A stretch of DNA of 64,000 bases, from the NCBI GenBank assembly GCA_964568665.1, contig CAZMPY010000005.1, forward strand, positions 64,742 to 128,741, written 5' to 3'. Made by a program: the position numbers and the translations under genes. The notes beneath the pieces were generated by a model. That model was given only the letters and a program-made list of their open reading frames with translations, was not told the DNA's origin and made no database searches. Below, in pieces: positions 34,364 to 42,868 of this stretch. Each line of letters opens with the position of its first letter. Within the stretch, counting starts at the first letter, position 1. The DNA comes from an uncultured Thermoplasmata archaeon. Its GTDB lineage: Archaea; Thermoplasmatota; Thermoplasmata; UBA10834.

Positions 34364-35290
34364 ATGCAACATATGTTATCACATCCAATTGTGAACGAAA
34401 ACATACTCAAAGCCCTCAGATCCGAACTCCTGAGCAGGACCTCGCTGGAGAACCTGCCTGATACGGTATGGAAGAAAGTGGGTGCCGTGAACACCTGGGG
34501 GACGAACGCTCTCGAGGGCAACACCCTGACCCTGTCAGAGGTCGAGGGCGTCCTCTTCGACAACCGGTCACCGAAGAACAGGCCGGCGACGGACGTGACG
34601 GAGACCATTCAGCACTATGCCGCATTCAAGGGCCTCATGAAGCTCACGGCAGTGCCCATCACGCTGGAGACCGTCCTCGGTCTCCACCAGGCGGTGTTCC
34701 ACGGGATCTACGAGCATGCCGGCCGGTGGCGATGGTGGAATGTGACCATACAGGGGTCCAAGCACACCCCTCCGAGGTGCGAGAAGGTCGTGCCCATGAT
34801 GGAGGAATGGTTGAATGAATACAACAGGAGGAGCGCCCAGGGCGAAGGGGTCTTTCCGCTCGGAGCGTGGATGCATCACAGGTTCGAGACGATCCATCCG
34901 TTCGGCGATGGCAACGGCCGCATCGGCAGACTCCTGCTCAACCTGCACTTCCTGAAGCATGGCTGGCCCCCGGCCCATATCCTCGAGTCTGAGAGGTCCA
35001 GATACGGACTCATGCTCGAGGAAGCGAGCGACAAGGGAGGCGACGCACGCAACCTCGCGGGCCTCCTGGAGGTCCAGATGGCGAAGTCGCTGCTGGACAT
35101 CCTGGACCAGGTGGGTACGGGCGAAGATGAACTCCAACCCCTCAAGGGCATCGCGGACGACACGCCCTATTCCGCGAACTACCTGACGCTCAGAGCGGGC
35201 CAGGGAGAGCTTCCCGCAGTGAGAGTCAAACATCGCCTGCTCACGAGCAGAAGGGCCATCGGACTGTACAGGGAGTTCGTCGGGAGGTAG
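34364..35290 (+). CDS. Fic-family protein (AMPylase-type) with N-terminal inhibitory-helix motif
   Basis: HPFGDGNGRIGR active-site motif. Upstream TNALEG fits the (S/T)xxxE(G/N) auto-inhibition motif. Confidence 0.9.
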   Translation: MQHMLSHPIVNENILKALRSELLSRTSLENLPDTVWKKVGAVNTWGTNALEGNTLTLSEVEGVLFDNRSPKNRPATDVTETIQHYAAFKGLMKLTAVPITLETVLGLHQAVFHGIYEHAGRWRWWNVTIQGSKHTPPRCEKVVPMMEEWLNEYNRRSAQGEGVFPLGAWMHHRFETIHPFGDGNGRIGRLLLNLHFLKHGWPPAHILESERSRYGLMLEEASDKGGDARNLAGLLEVQMAKSLLDILDQVGTGEDELQPLKGIADDTPYSANYLTLRAGQGELPAVRVKHRLLTSRRAIGLYREFVGR

Positions 35291-35489
35291 CGGAAAGGAC
35301 AGGAGGCGGCCCGCCTCTGCGAGAGGAAAGGGGGACCGTGAGGAGCGGGCCGGACCTGACAGATTCCGAACCGAAGAGGCCCCGAGGGCCTCATGGCGAG
35401 TCTGACCCTCCTCGTCCGATCGACTGCCGCGAGGTCACGTCGGACCTGCCTCACAGATTTATCCCGTATGCCGGGTCCGACGGGGCGGC

Positions 35490-38400
35490 TCACGCCGCCC
35501 CGGACCATGTCACGGTCCTGACCTCGACCATCGAGGCCAGGAGGACGCACTCATCGTAGAGCCGGGCATCCACGTTCCTGACAGGCTCGATGTCCGGTCC
35601 GACGATAGTGCCCCTGATGCTCGAGGCATGCCCCCGGACCGTGAACGCGTCGGAGACCGACGACTGCACGCCGTAGACGTTGGTCACGGTGAGCGTCACC
35701 GTGTACCTGCCCGTCGCGGTGTACTGGTGCGATACCTCCCAGCCGTTCGCGTAGGTGCCGTCCCCGAAGGACCAGGTGTAGTCCACTATCCCGGCCTCGT
35801 CGTAGGAGCCGTAGGCGTAGAACGTCACGACATCGCCGGCGGCGGGCTTCTCGGGGGTCATCTCGAAGGCGGCAACGGGCACGGACGCGACCGTGATGTA
35901 CACGACATTGTCGTCGGACAGCATCGAGTCGTCAACGACCGTCAGCCGGACCTCGTACACGCCACAGTGCGCGTACGCGTGCGCGGCGTACATGCCCTCG
36001 GCGACCGCACCGTCCCCGAACTGCCAGATGTAGCGGACGATCGTCCCGTCTGGATCGAAGGAGTAGCTGCCGTCGAATGTCACCGTCTCGCTCACGAGCG
36101 GCTGCGGGTTGTCGTAGGCGGCTATCGCGACCGGCGGCGCAGCGTCGACGACCTCGTACAGCATCTGCGCGTAGTCGTAGCTCCACGATTCGTCGTAGAC
36201 ATAGAGCGTGACGAAGTACGTCCCTGCCTGCGAGTAGGTGTGCACAGCTATCGGCTCGTTCGAGCCCCAGCCGTCCCCGAAGTCCCACCAGTAGTAGATG
36301 ATGGCCGCGCCTTCCGGGTCGTAGGAGCCTGTGCCGTCGAACGTCACGGGCGACCCGACGGTGCCGACCTCGGGCGTGACGGAGATCACCGCCACGGGTG
36401 GGTTGCTGACGAACATAACGGTCGATGCGCTGGCCGTCAGGCCGCTGTTGTCGACCACGGTCAGAGTGACCGTGTATTCCCCTGGGGTGGAGTACGCGTA
36501 GTACACGTAGTAGTCGTAGCTCACCCACGAATTGCCGTCCCCGAAGTCCCAGATGGAGTAGACGATCCACCCGTCAGGGTCGTAGGAGTTCCACGAGTAC
36601 AGGCCGAACGTCTCGTTGGCGGAGACATAGTTCGAGTCGCAGTATATGCTCGCGACCGGCGGCTGCGGGACCCAGAGGTCGAGGGTGAGGTAGTAGGTCG
36701 ATATCTCCGACATCCCCAAGGACTGGACCATGATGTAGTAGGTCCCCGGCCCCAGGGTCATGCCTATCGTCGACCAGAGGCTGTAGCCGTTGTCGTCGTT
36801 GTACGCGATCTCGCTGTACGGGACGCCGTACTCGTCGAAGAGCCAGAGCACGGTGTCACCGTAGATTTCCAGCGACCCGGAGGTCGTGACCATCACGTCC
36901 GTCTGCTCATCGAGGGTGAACATCGCCCAGTCGACATCGGCCCCGCCGTCGGAGATGCTGTGCACCTGCGTCTCGCCGATGACTATCGTCGAAGCGTCCG
37001 TGTACACGTCGTCGTCCTCGTAGGCGTCGGGCGTTGTCATCTCGCCGCCTAGCACGCGGTAGTAGATCACGGAGGTGTCGTTCTGGTTGAGGTCGTCGTA
37101 GACCGTCAGCGACACGAGGTAGTCTCCTGCGGTCGAGTAGTAGTGTTCCACCACGGAGCCATCCGCGTACGAACCGTCACCGAGGTCCCACCCGTAGTAG
37201 ACGATCGTCCCATCGACCGAGTACGAGCCCGTGCCGTCGAACGTCACGTTCGACCACACGTCCCCGACATCCGGGGTCGCATCTATCACGGCCATGATCG
37301 GGATGTTCTGCTCGGTCTTTGAGAGGGCAGCGTAGTAGAGTCCGCCGTACATCGGGTTGAAGTAGTAGCCCTCGACCCAGGACCGCTCGACATGGAAGTT
37401 GTTGGCCTGCGTCAGCCACACGTACGGGCAGTCTTCGTAGACCAGCTGCGAGATCTGAGAGTACATGTCGGCACGGGCGGTCTCGTCGAGCTCGCCGGCC
37501 GCCTGCCTCACGAGCGCGTCTATCGATTCGTTCCGGTAACCCGTGAAGTACGGGTATGTGCCGTACGCGCTGTCCAGCATGGGCGTGGTGTAGTCATCGG
37601 GGTCGGCATAGTCCACCGTCCAGCCGACGACATAGAACGGCATGTAGCCGTTCGTGTCGTACACCTCGTCGAGGAACACCGGCCAGTCGAGCGCGGTAAT
37701 CGTCGCCGTGAACCTCGGGTCTATGGTCTCAAGCCCGGCCTTGACCAGTTCGCATACGGTCTGCCGGCCGACGTTGCCCACGTTGTAGAACAGCGGTACC
37801 GTGAACCCGGAGGTCCACCACGAGGTCTGCTCGAGCTCGGCCTGCGCGGCCGCGAAGTCGTAGGCGTACTTCGGGACCGACGCGTCGTACCCGAACATGC
37901 CCTCCGGGATCGCGCCGTTGGGCTGGATGGCGTTACCCCAGACAATGTTCTCTATGTACATCGAATAGTTGATCAGGTGAGTGAACGCCCTCCTCATGTG
38001 TATGTCGCTGAAGAAGTCCGCCGTGATGTCCCCGCCGTAGTTCGTGTTCGCCGTGGTTGAGTCGATGTTGAAGTTGAACGCGGCGAAGGTCATCCCGAAG
38101 GCCGGGAGACCCTTGAATATGGTGAAGTCGGAGGAATCGGCGAATCGGGACTCGTCCTTGAGGAGCACATAGGCGCTGTCCACGGTCCCGTTCTCGAGCA
38201 GGCTCAGCCTGGACTCGGAATCGTCGACCTGCAGTAGGTACACATCCTGCAGCACGGGAGCCGCGCCCCAGTAGCCCGCGAACCTGGTCAGGTGGATCTT
38301 AGATCCGAACTCCCAGTCAACGAGCTCGAACGGACCGCTGCCGCAGGTGTTCACGTTCATGTAATCGTTGGCCGTGCCGCCGACGATGCCGCCGTGCGCC

Positions 38401-39233
38401 TCGACGAAGTCCTTGCTGACCACGCTGCCCACGGTGCTGGCCATGATCTTCAGGAATCCGGGGTACGCGTGCGTCAGGTGGAACACGACCGTGTCGTCAT
38501 CGATAGCCTCGACGACCACTTCGGACACCGCCTTGATATCGTCCTCGGTCAGGACATGGTCGTAGCCGAGAGGCTCGAGCACATCCCTGATCCAGGTCAC
38601 GTTGTTGGACCCATCAAGATATGCGCTGACGGTCTCGCCGACATAGTACCCTATGTAGTCCGTGAGGACCTGCTCCAGCATCCAGCCGGGGCCGCTCGGG
38701 TCGTGTATCTGCAGCACCCTCTGGATCGAGTAGGTGACATCCTCGGAGGTCATGTTGGTCCAGTCGTGGAACACGACATCTGTCCTGAGTTCGAACGTGT
38801 AGTCCATGCCGTCCGCGGATATCAGTCCGTTCTCGATGCTCGGGACCTCGGTCGCCAGGACCGGCACAAGGTAGACGGCGCTCTCCCGGTCATACCAGAC
38901 GAGCGTCTGGTAGACGTTCTGGATGACCTCGGCGCCAGCGTCCTCGAAGTCGATTGCCGGGTCGAGGAAGTCCGGTTCTCCGATGGTAGCCATGGTGAAT
39001 GTCTGCGATTCAGTGGCCACAGCATCCACGGTCAGTGGATCAGCGGCCGTTGCCACGGTCGACGTCCCGTCGGCCGCCTCGACCAGCCAGTCGCCGGGCT
39101 GGGTGGGGCCGGCGGCCGACATCTCCACCGATGAACCTCCGCCTGCCAGTGCAGGCAGCGAGACCATCGATGTCACCATCACGAGCGCCATAACAGCTGA
39201 AGCTAGAAGCAATCCTTCCGTCCTCATCGTCAT
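35490..39233 (-). CDS. family-5 (peptide/nickel type) solute-binding protein fused to a PPC-like domain and five PKD domains
   Basis: ATG at 39233. Signal anchor. SBP_bac_5-like N-terminal ~600 aa (TMATIGEPDFLDPA...VVFHDWTNMTSEDV). PKD cores WDLGDGS, WDFGDGN, WDFGDGW, WQFGDGA and WSFGDGT. PPC-like segment AYEDDDVYTDAS...DVDWAMF. Confidence 0.85.
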   Translation of the reverse strand: MTMRTEGLLLASAVMALVMVTSMVSLPALAGGGSSVEMSAAGPTQPGDWLVEAADGTSTVATAADPLTVDAVATESQTFTMATIGEPDFLDPAIDFEDAGAEVIQNVYQTLVWYDRESAVYLVPVLATEVPSIENGLISADGMDYTFELRTDVVFHDWTNMTSEDVTYSIQRVLQIHDPSGPGWMLEQVLTDYIGYYVGETVSAYLDGSNNVTWIRDVLEPLGYDHVLTEDDIKAVSEVVVEAIDDDTVVFHLTHAYPGFLKIMASTVGSVVSKDFVEAHGGIVGGTANDYMNVNTCGSGPFELVDWEFGSKIHLTRFAGYWGAAPVLQDVYLLQVDDSESRLSLLENGTVDSAYVLLKDESRFADSSDFTIFKGLPAFGMTFAAFNFNIDSTTANTNYGGDITADFFSDIHMRRAFTHLINYSMYIENIVWGNAIQPNGAIPEGMFGYDASVPKYAYDFAAAQAELEQTSWWTSGFTVPLFYNVGNVGRQTVCELVKAGLETIDPRFTATITALDWPVFLDEVYDTNGYMPFYVVGWTVDYADPDDYTTPMLDSAYGTYPYFTGYRNESIDALVRQAAGELDETARADMYSQISQLVYEDCPYVWLTQANNFHVERSWVEGYYFNPMYGGLYYAALSKTEQNIPIMAVIDATPDVGDVWSNVTFDGTGSYSVDGTIVYYGWDLGDGSYADGSVVEHYYSTAGDYLVSLTVYDDLNQNDTSVIYYRVLGGEMTTPDAYEDDDVYTDASTIVIGETQVHSISDGGADVDWAMFTLDEQTDVMVTTSGSLEIYGDTVLWLFDEYGVPYSEIAYNDDNGYSLWSTIGMTLGPGTYYIMVQSLGMSEISTYYLTLDLWVPQPPVASIYCDSNYVSANETFGLYSWNSYDPDGWIVYSIWDFGDGNSWVSYDYYVYYAYSTPGEYTVTLTVVDNSGLTASASTVMFVSNPPVAVISVTPEVGTVGSPVTFDGTGSYDPEGAAIIYYWWDFGDGWGSNEPIAVHTYSQAGTYFVTLYVYDESWSYDYAQMLYEVVDAAPPVAIAAYDNPQPLVSETVTFDGSYSFDPDGTIVRYIWQFGDGAVAEGMYAAHAYAHCGVYEVRLTVVDDSMLSDDNVVYITVASVPVAAFEMTPEKPAAGDVVTFYAYGSYDEAGIVDYTWSFGDGTYANGWEVSHQYTATGRYTVTLTVTNVYGVQSSVSDAFTVRGHASSIRGTIVGPDIEPVRNVDARLYDECVLLASMVEVRTVTWSGAA

Positions 39234-39476
39234 TCCCCTCTCTTCCGGATCTTTCGAACCGACTGACACTCTGAGTTATCAGACGCTATATGTACGTTTC
39301 TCGGGTGCTCCGGGGTCAGGCCGTAGGAAACGGCTCCCGACCGGGGAACCGAACGGAGACGGAACCGTCATCTCACAGGGTACGCCGCCACAGGTTCACA
39401 CCCACGGACAGTGACGAGTTCGCCCCGCTCAAAACAGATATGAGACACGACCACGATTGTCCAGGCGGCGGAGAAC

Positions 39477-39974
39477 ATGAAACCGGCACTCCTAGTCATT
39501 GATATCCAGAACGTCTGGCTTGACGACAACGCGGATCTGAAGAGATCCGTCGAGAAGCGCATCGATGTCATCAACGGGGCGATCGCATGGTTCAGGCACA
39601 ACAAACGCCCGGTCATCGTGGTCTACCACGAGGACAAGGAGAGGGGCCTGCTGCCAGGCACCAAGCCCTTCGAAGTCCCCGAGTACGTCAAGATCAAGGA
39701 GTCCGATGTCAAGGTCAGCAAGAGTCACCCCAGCGCCTTCGGCAATACCGAGCTCGAAGCCGTTCTCCGGAGGGAAGGCTGCGACACCGTCGTGATCGCG
39801 GGGCTGAGTGCAAGCGGCTGCGTCCTCGCGAGCTACTTCGGCGCGTGTGACCACGACCTCCACCCGTACCTGGTCCAGGGCGGCGTCGCGTCACACAACG
39901 AGGAGCATGTGCGGGCCGCGGAGGACATCTGCGAGACCGTGAGCCTGGAAGCGTTCGACAAGACCCTGCGCTGA
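39477..39974 (+). CDS. isochorismatase-family cysteine hydrolase
   Basis: KPALLVIDIQN, VVIAGLSASGCV. Confidence 0.85.
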   Translation: MKPALLVIDIQNVWLDDNADLKRSVEKRIDVINGAIAWFRHNKRPVIVVYHEDKERGLLPGTKPFEVPEYVKIKESDVKVSKSHPSAFGNTELEAVLRREGCDTVVIAGLSASGCVLASYFGACDHDLHPYLVQGGVASHNEEHVRAAEDICETVSLEAFDKTLR

Positions 39975-40172
39975 ACGGTCAACCGCGAAACGCATGGGAC
40001 GCCCGGCCACGGATCCACGGCAACAGGCACCTCCAGTCTCTTGTCAGAATGCGAACTTCCCGGCCCTGAAGGCTGAAGTTCCTCGGCTAGCGCCGAACGG
40101 GACCGAGTCCAAGAACCCGTTGAAAAGGAAATCGTAGGAAAGGGTTTTCGTCGGAGTCCGATGGATCCTGCC

Positions 40173-40508
40173 TCACAGAGGGCCCACTACCGTAGGCAGT
40201 ATGAAGCCCACGAGGAAGGCGACGATCCATACGACGATCGCTATGCCGAGTGCCTTCCACCAGCCCATGCTGTAGAGTCCACCCAGGGCCAGCAGCCAAA
40301 CGAACCCGGCGATCAATGCCGCCAGGAGACCTTCACCCAGGAAGTAGTATGCCAGGGCGTATATGGCAGCCCCGATCAGGGCGGCTAATATGGCTGTCCC
40401 TAGCCCTTCCTTCTCCCCGAACAGCTTCGTGATCACGTAGATGATGATGGTCGAGACGATCAGCCCGACGAGGAAGAATATCAGTGTCTCCTCTAACGAT
40501 ACGGCCAT
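40173..40508 (-). CDS. small multi-pass membrane protein
   Basis: 111 aa, 3-4 hydrophobic helices. GAGGTGA lies 6 nt before the ATG at 40508. Confidence 0.6.
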   Translation of the reverse strand: MAVSLEETLIFFLVGLIVSTIIIYVITKLFGEKEGLGTAILAALIGAAIYALAYYFLGEGLLAALIAGFVWLLALGGLYSMGWWKALGIAIVVWIVAFLVGFILPTVVGPL

Positions 40509-40521
40509 GTCTCATCACCTC

Positions 40522-40641
40522 TCAGGTCTTCATGATCTTCTTGCCGGTCTCGCGCCCCTTTACGGGCCCGCGTCCACCGGGGGTCTTCGCCGCACGGCCC
40601 TTGGCCGCGGTCATCCTTCCGCCTCTGCTCTTCTTTGCCAT
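40522..40641 (-). CDS. 39-aa highly basic micro-protein (not in the ORF track)
   Basis: My translation: MAKKSRGGRMTAAKGRAAKTPGGRGPVKGRETGKKIMKT*. GGAGGTGA lies 6 nt upstream of the ATG at 40641. Tightly packed in the operon. Confidence 0.35.
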   Translation of the reverse strand: MAKKSRGGRMTAAKGRAAKTPGGRGPVKGRETGKKIMKT

Positions 40642-40670
40642 TTCGTGTCACCTCCTAGTTTTCAACGAAT

Positions 40671-40814
40671 CTACTTGATCTTTATTACGCCCATCAGCAC
40701 CAAGACTATGATGGCGATTATCACCGCACCGAGAAGGCCGAAAACGAGCCAGCCCAGCAAGAATGCGATCACTGCACCCACCCCGATATGAGACCATTCC
40801 ACGGTTATTCCCAT
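40671..40814 (-). CDS. 47-aa single-pass membrane micro-protein (not in the ORF track)
   Basis: My translation: MGITVEWSHIGVGAVIAFLLGWLVFGLLGAVIIAIIVLVLMGVIKIK*. GGAGTGATG lies upstream of the ATG at 40814. Confidence 0.35.
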   Translation of the reverse strand: MGITVEWSHIGVGAVIAFLLGWLVFGLLGAVIIAIIVLVLMGVIKIK

Positions 40815-40826
40815 TTCACATCACTC

Positions 40827-41585
40827 CTACTTCCTAATCGTACTGGTGTCGATCGTGACTGCGCCGATCCGTGTCAATGCCCTGCCGTCCAGCGTCGCTC
40901 CGGTGATGAGCGTGATCGATTGATCGGCCATTATGGTCCCCTTGAACGTCGAGTTCGTTCCGAGAGTCGCTGAAGTGCCTACCTGCCAGAACACGTTGGA
41001 GGCCTGGGCGCCACCGGTCAGTATGACCTGGCGACCTTCTGCCACCGTGAGCGTGGACGCTATCTGGAAGATCCAGGTATCGTCCGCGGAACCAGAGAGA
41101 GTGAGATCTCCCTCCGATATCTCGAGCCCGGACGTCGACTTGTAGAGGCCAGGGGCGAGGGTCTGCCCGCCTATGTTCCCGGCCACGGAGATAGGAGCGA
41201 GCGTCCGTCCAGCGGCGTCGTTATACGCGGTGGTCAGGTCGAGCTGGGCCTGAGCGGCTACGGAATCGTTAGTGTGAATTGTCCCGGTGACCATCGATGG
41301 CAGAAGTCCCGTCACCTCGGAACCCGGGTACAGCCCGACATCCCCGCTGACCGTGGTCGTGGAGCCGGTGTTGGTCACCGTGGAACCAGCCAGGACCGCG
41401 AAGTCGGCCGCCGATCGAAGGTTCACTGTTGCCGGCCCAGACCCTGACCCGCCATCTCCAGTCCCGTCCGAGTCAGTCAGTAAGACGTACCCTGCCCCGA
41501 TCCCCACCACCACGAGAGCGACCACAATGGCTATGGCAGCCAACAGTGTCCGTTTCATTGCCGGTTTCGGCTTGCTAGTTTCCAC
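40827..41585 (-). CDS. DUF3494 (ice-binding-like) secreted protein
   Basis: LRSAADFAVLAGSTVTNTGSTTTVSGDVGLYPGSEVTG and the TLTL.G..DDTWIFQI beta-solenoid signature. Start is GTG 41585 or ATG 41558. Confidence 0.8.
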   Translation of the reverse strand: METSKPKPAMKRTLLAAIAIVVALVVVGIGAGYVLLTDSDGTGDGGSGSGPATVNLRSAADFAVLAGSTVTNTGSTTTVSGDVGLYPGSEVTGLLPSMVTGTIHTNDSVAAQAQLDLTTAYNDAAGRTLAPISVAGNIGGQTLAPGLYKSTSGLEISEGDLTLSGSADDTWIFQIASTLTVAEGRQVILTGGAQASNVFWQVGTSATLGTNSTFKGTIMADQSITLITGATLDGRALTRIGAVTIDTSTIRK

Positions 41586-41789
41586 AATCCCAGGATATGC
41601 CAGGAATCATTATACCGTTATTTCAACATCAATGACAGTTTGTAGCAGTATTTGATGCAAATCCAACTGGCCGTCGGTCGCGGAGACTAGCCGAGATGTT
41701 CGCACCGTCACTCAGGGAAAGAGTCGACCGAGCGATTTTAGAAGTAGAAAATGGAAAACCAAAAGGGAAGAGGTTTAGGACCAGAGGAC

Positions 41790-42815
41790 TTACTTCCTCT
41801 GATTCCTGACCTTGCTTACGATCGCAACGACGAACATCATTCCGACCAGGGGGATCAGGACCTGCGAGAATTCCGGTATCACAGTGCCCGGCGTATAGAC
41901 AGTGTTGGCGTCCATCGTGACCGCGCTCTGTGCCAACGCCCTGCCCTCGAGCGATGCACCAGTGTTCAGCACAATCGCCGTGTGACACAATATGACCCCC
42001 TTCATGGCAGCAGTCGTTCCAATGGTGACTTGGCCGGCGACCTGCCAGAAGATGTTGGAAGCGAGTGCGCCGCCGCTCAGAGTAACCATGGCACTGTCGG
42101 CCAATTCCAGGTTCCCCGCTATCTGGAAGATCCAGACATCGTCCGCGGCGCCCGAAATAGTGACACCAGCAGCAGATACTAGGACCCCGGTAGTATATTT
42201 ATAGAGGCCAGGATCGAGGGTCTGCCCGGTAAGATCTCCGGCGTACAGGTCGGTATGGTCAGGTGTTGTCCGTCCAGCTGCGTCGGTGTACGCAGCCTCC
42301 ATGTCACTTACAGCCGTAATCAACATGGTTGGAGTCGGCTCTGTGTAGTCAGCGGCATATACATTTCCAGTGACCAAAGATGATATCGAGAATGTACCTG
42401 TGGAATCCAGTATCAATCCAAATCCAGTTATGGATGACGCAGCTTCGGGACTGACTCCGATATCGCCGATGACCTGGGTGGCTCCCGTGGTCGAAATCCC
42501 CGTTTCTGCCAGGACCACGAAGTTGCCGGCCATCCCGAGGGACACTGCCGATGGACCAGCCGCCCGAGCGGGAATTGCCGCATAGAAGCCCAGAACGACA
42601 ACCATCGGAACGACAATCATCGAAATGAGGAGCACTGGCCAATACCGAGCATGAGCTGCTCTCTTCCCAGGCCGTGATCCGCCGACGGATGCCGACCGTC
42701 CATGACTGGCAGCCGAGCGGTCTCCGACCATACCACTAACATCCATATGTGTCAACTTTGCACTCTCCGTAATAGACATACCCTTCCACTTCGAGGCATG
42801 ACCCCGGGCATTCAT
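41790..42815 (-). CDS. DUF3494 (ice-binding-like) protein with PEF-CTERM-type sorting tail
   Basis: LGMAGNFVVLAETGISTTGATQVIGDIGVSPEAASSITG, VTISGAADDVWIFQI. C-terminal VIPEFSQVLIPLVGMMFVVAIVSKVRNQRK. Start position is uncertain. Confidence 0.8.
   Translation of the reverse strand: MNARGHASKWKGMSITESAKLTHMDVSGMVGDRSAASHGRSASVGGSRPGKRAAHARYWPVLLISMIVVPMVVVLGFYAAIPARAAGPSAVSLGMAGNFVVLAETGISTTGATQVIGDIGVSPEAASSITGFGLILDSTGTFSISSLVTGNVYAADYTEPTPTMLITAVSDMEAAYTDAAGRTTPDHTDLYAGDLTGQTLDPGLYKYTTGVLVSAAGVTISGAADDVWIFQIAGNLELADSAMVTLSGGALASNIFWQVAGQVTIGTTAAMKGVILCHTAIVLNTGASLEGRALAQSAVTMDANTVYTPGTVIPEFSQVLIPLVGMMFVVAIVSKVRNQRK
41793..41879 (-). other. PEF-CTERM-like archaeosortase recognition tail
   Basis: Pro-Glu-Phe (nt 41868-41876), then a hydrophobic helix and a basic cluster RNQRK at the very C-terminus. 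Confidence 0.6.
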
Positions 42816-42868
42816 GCCGTTATTTCAAAATCATTGACAATTCAATGCATGATTAGATACAAATCGGG

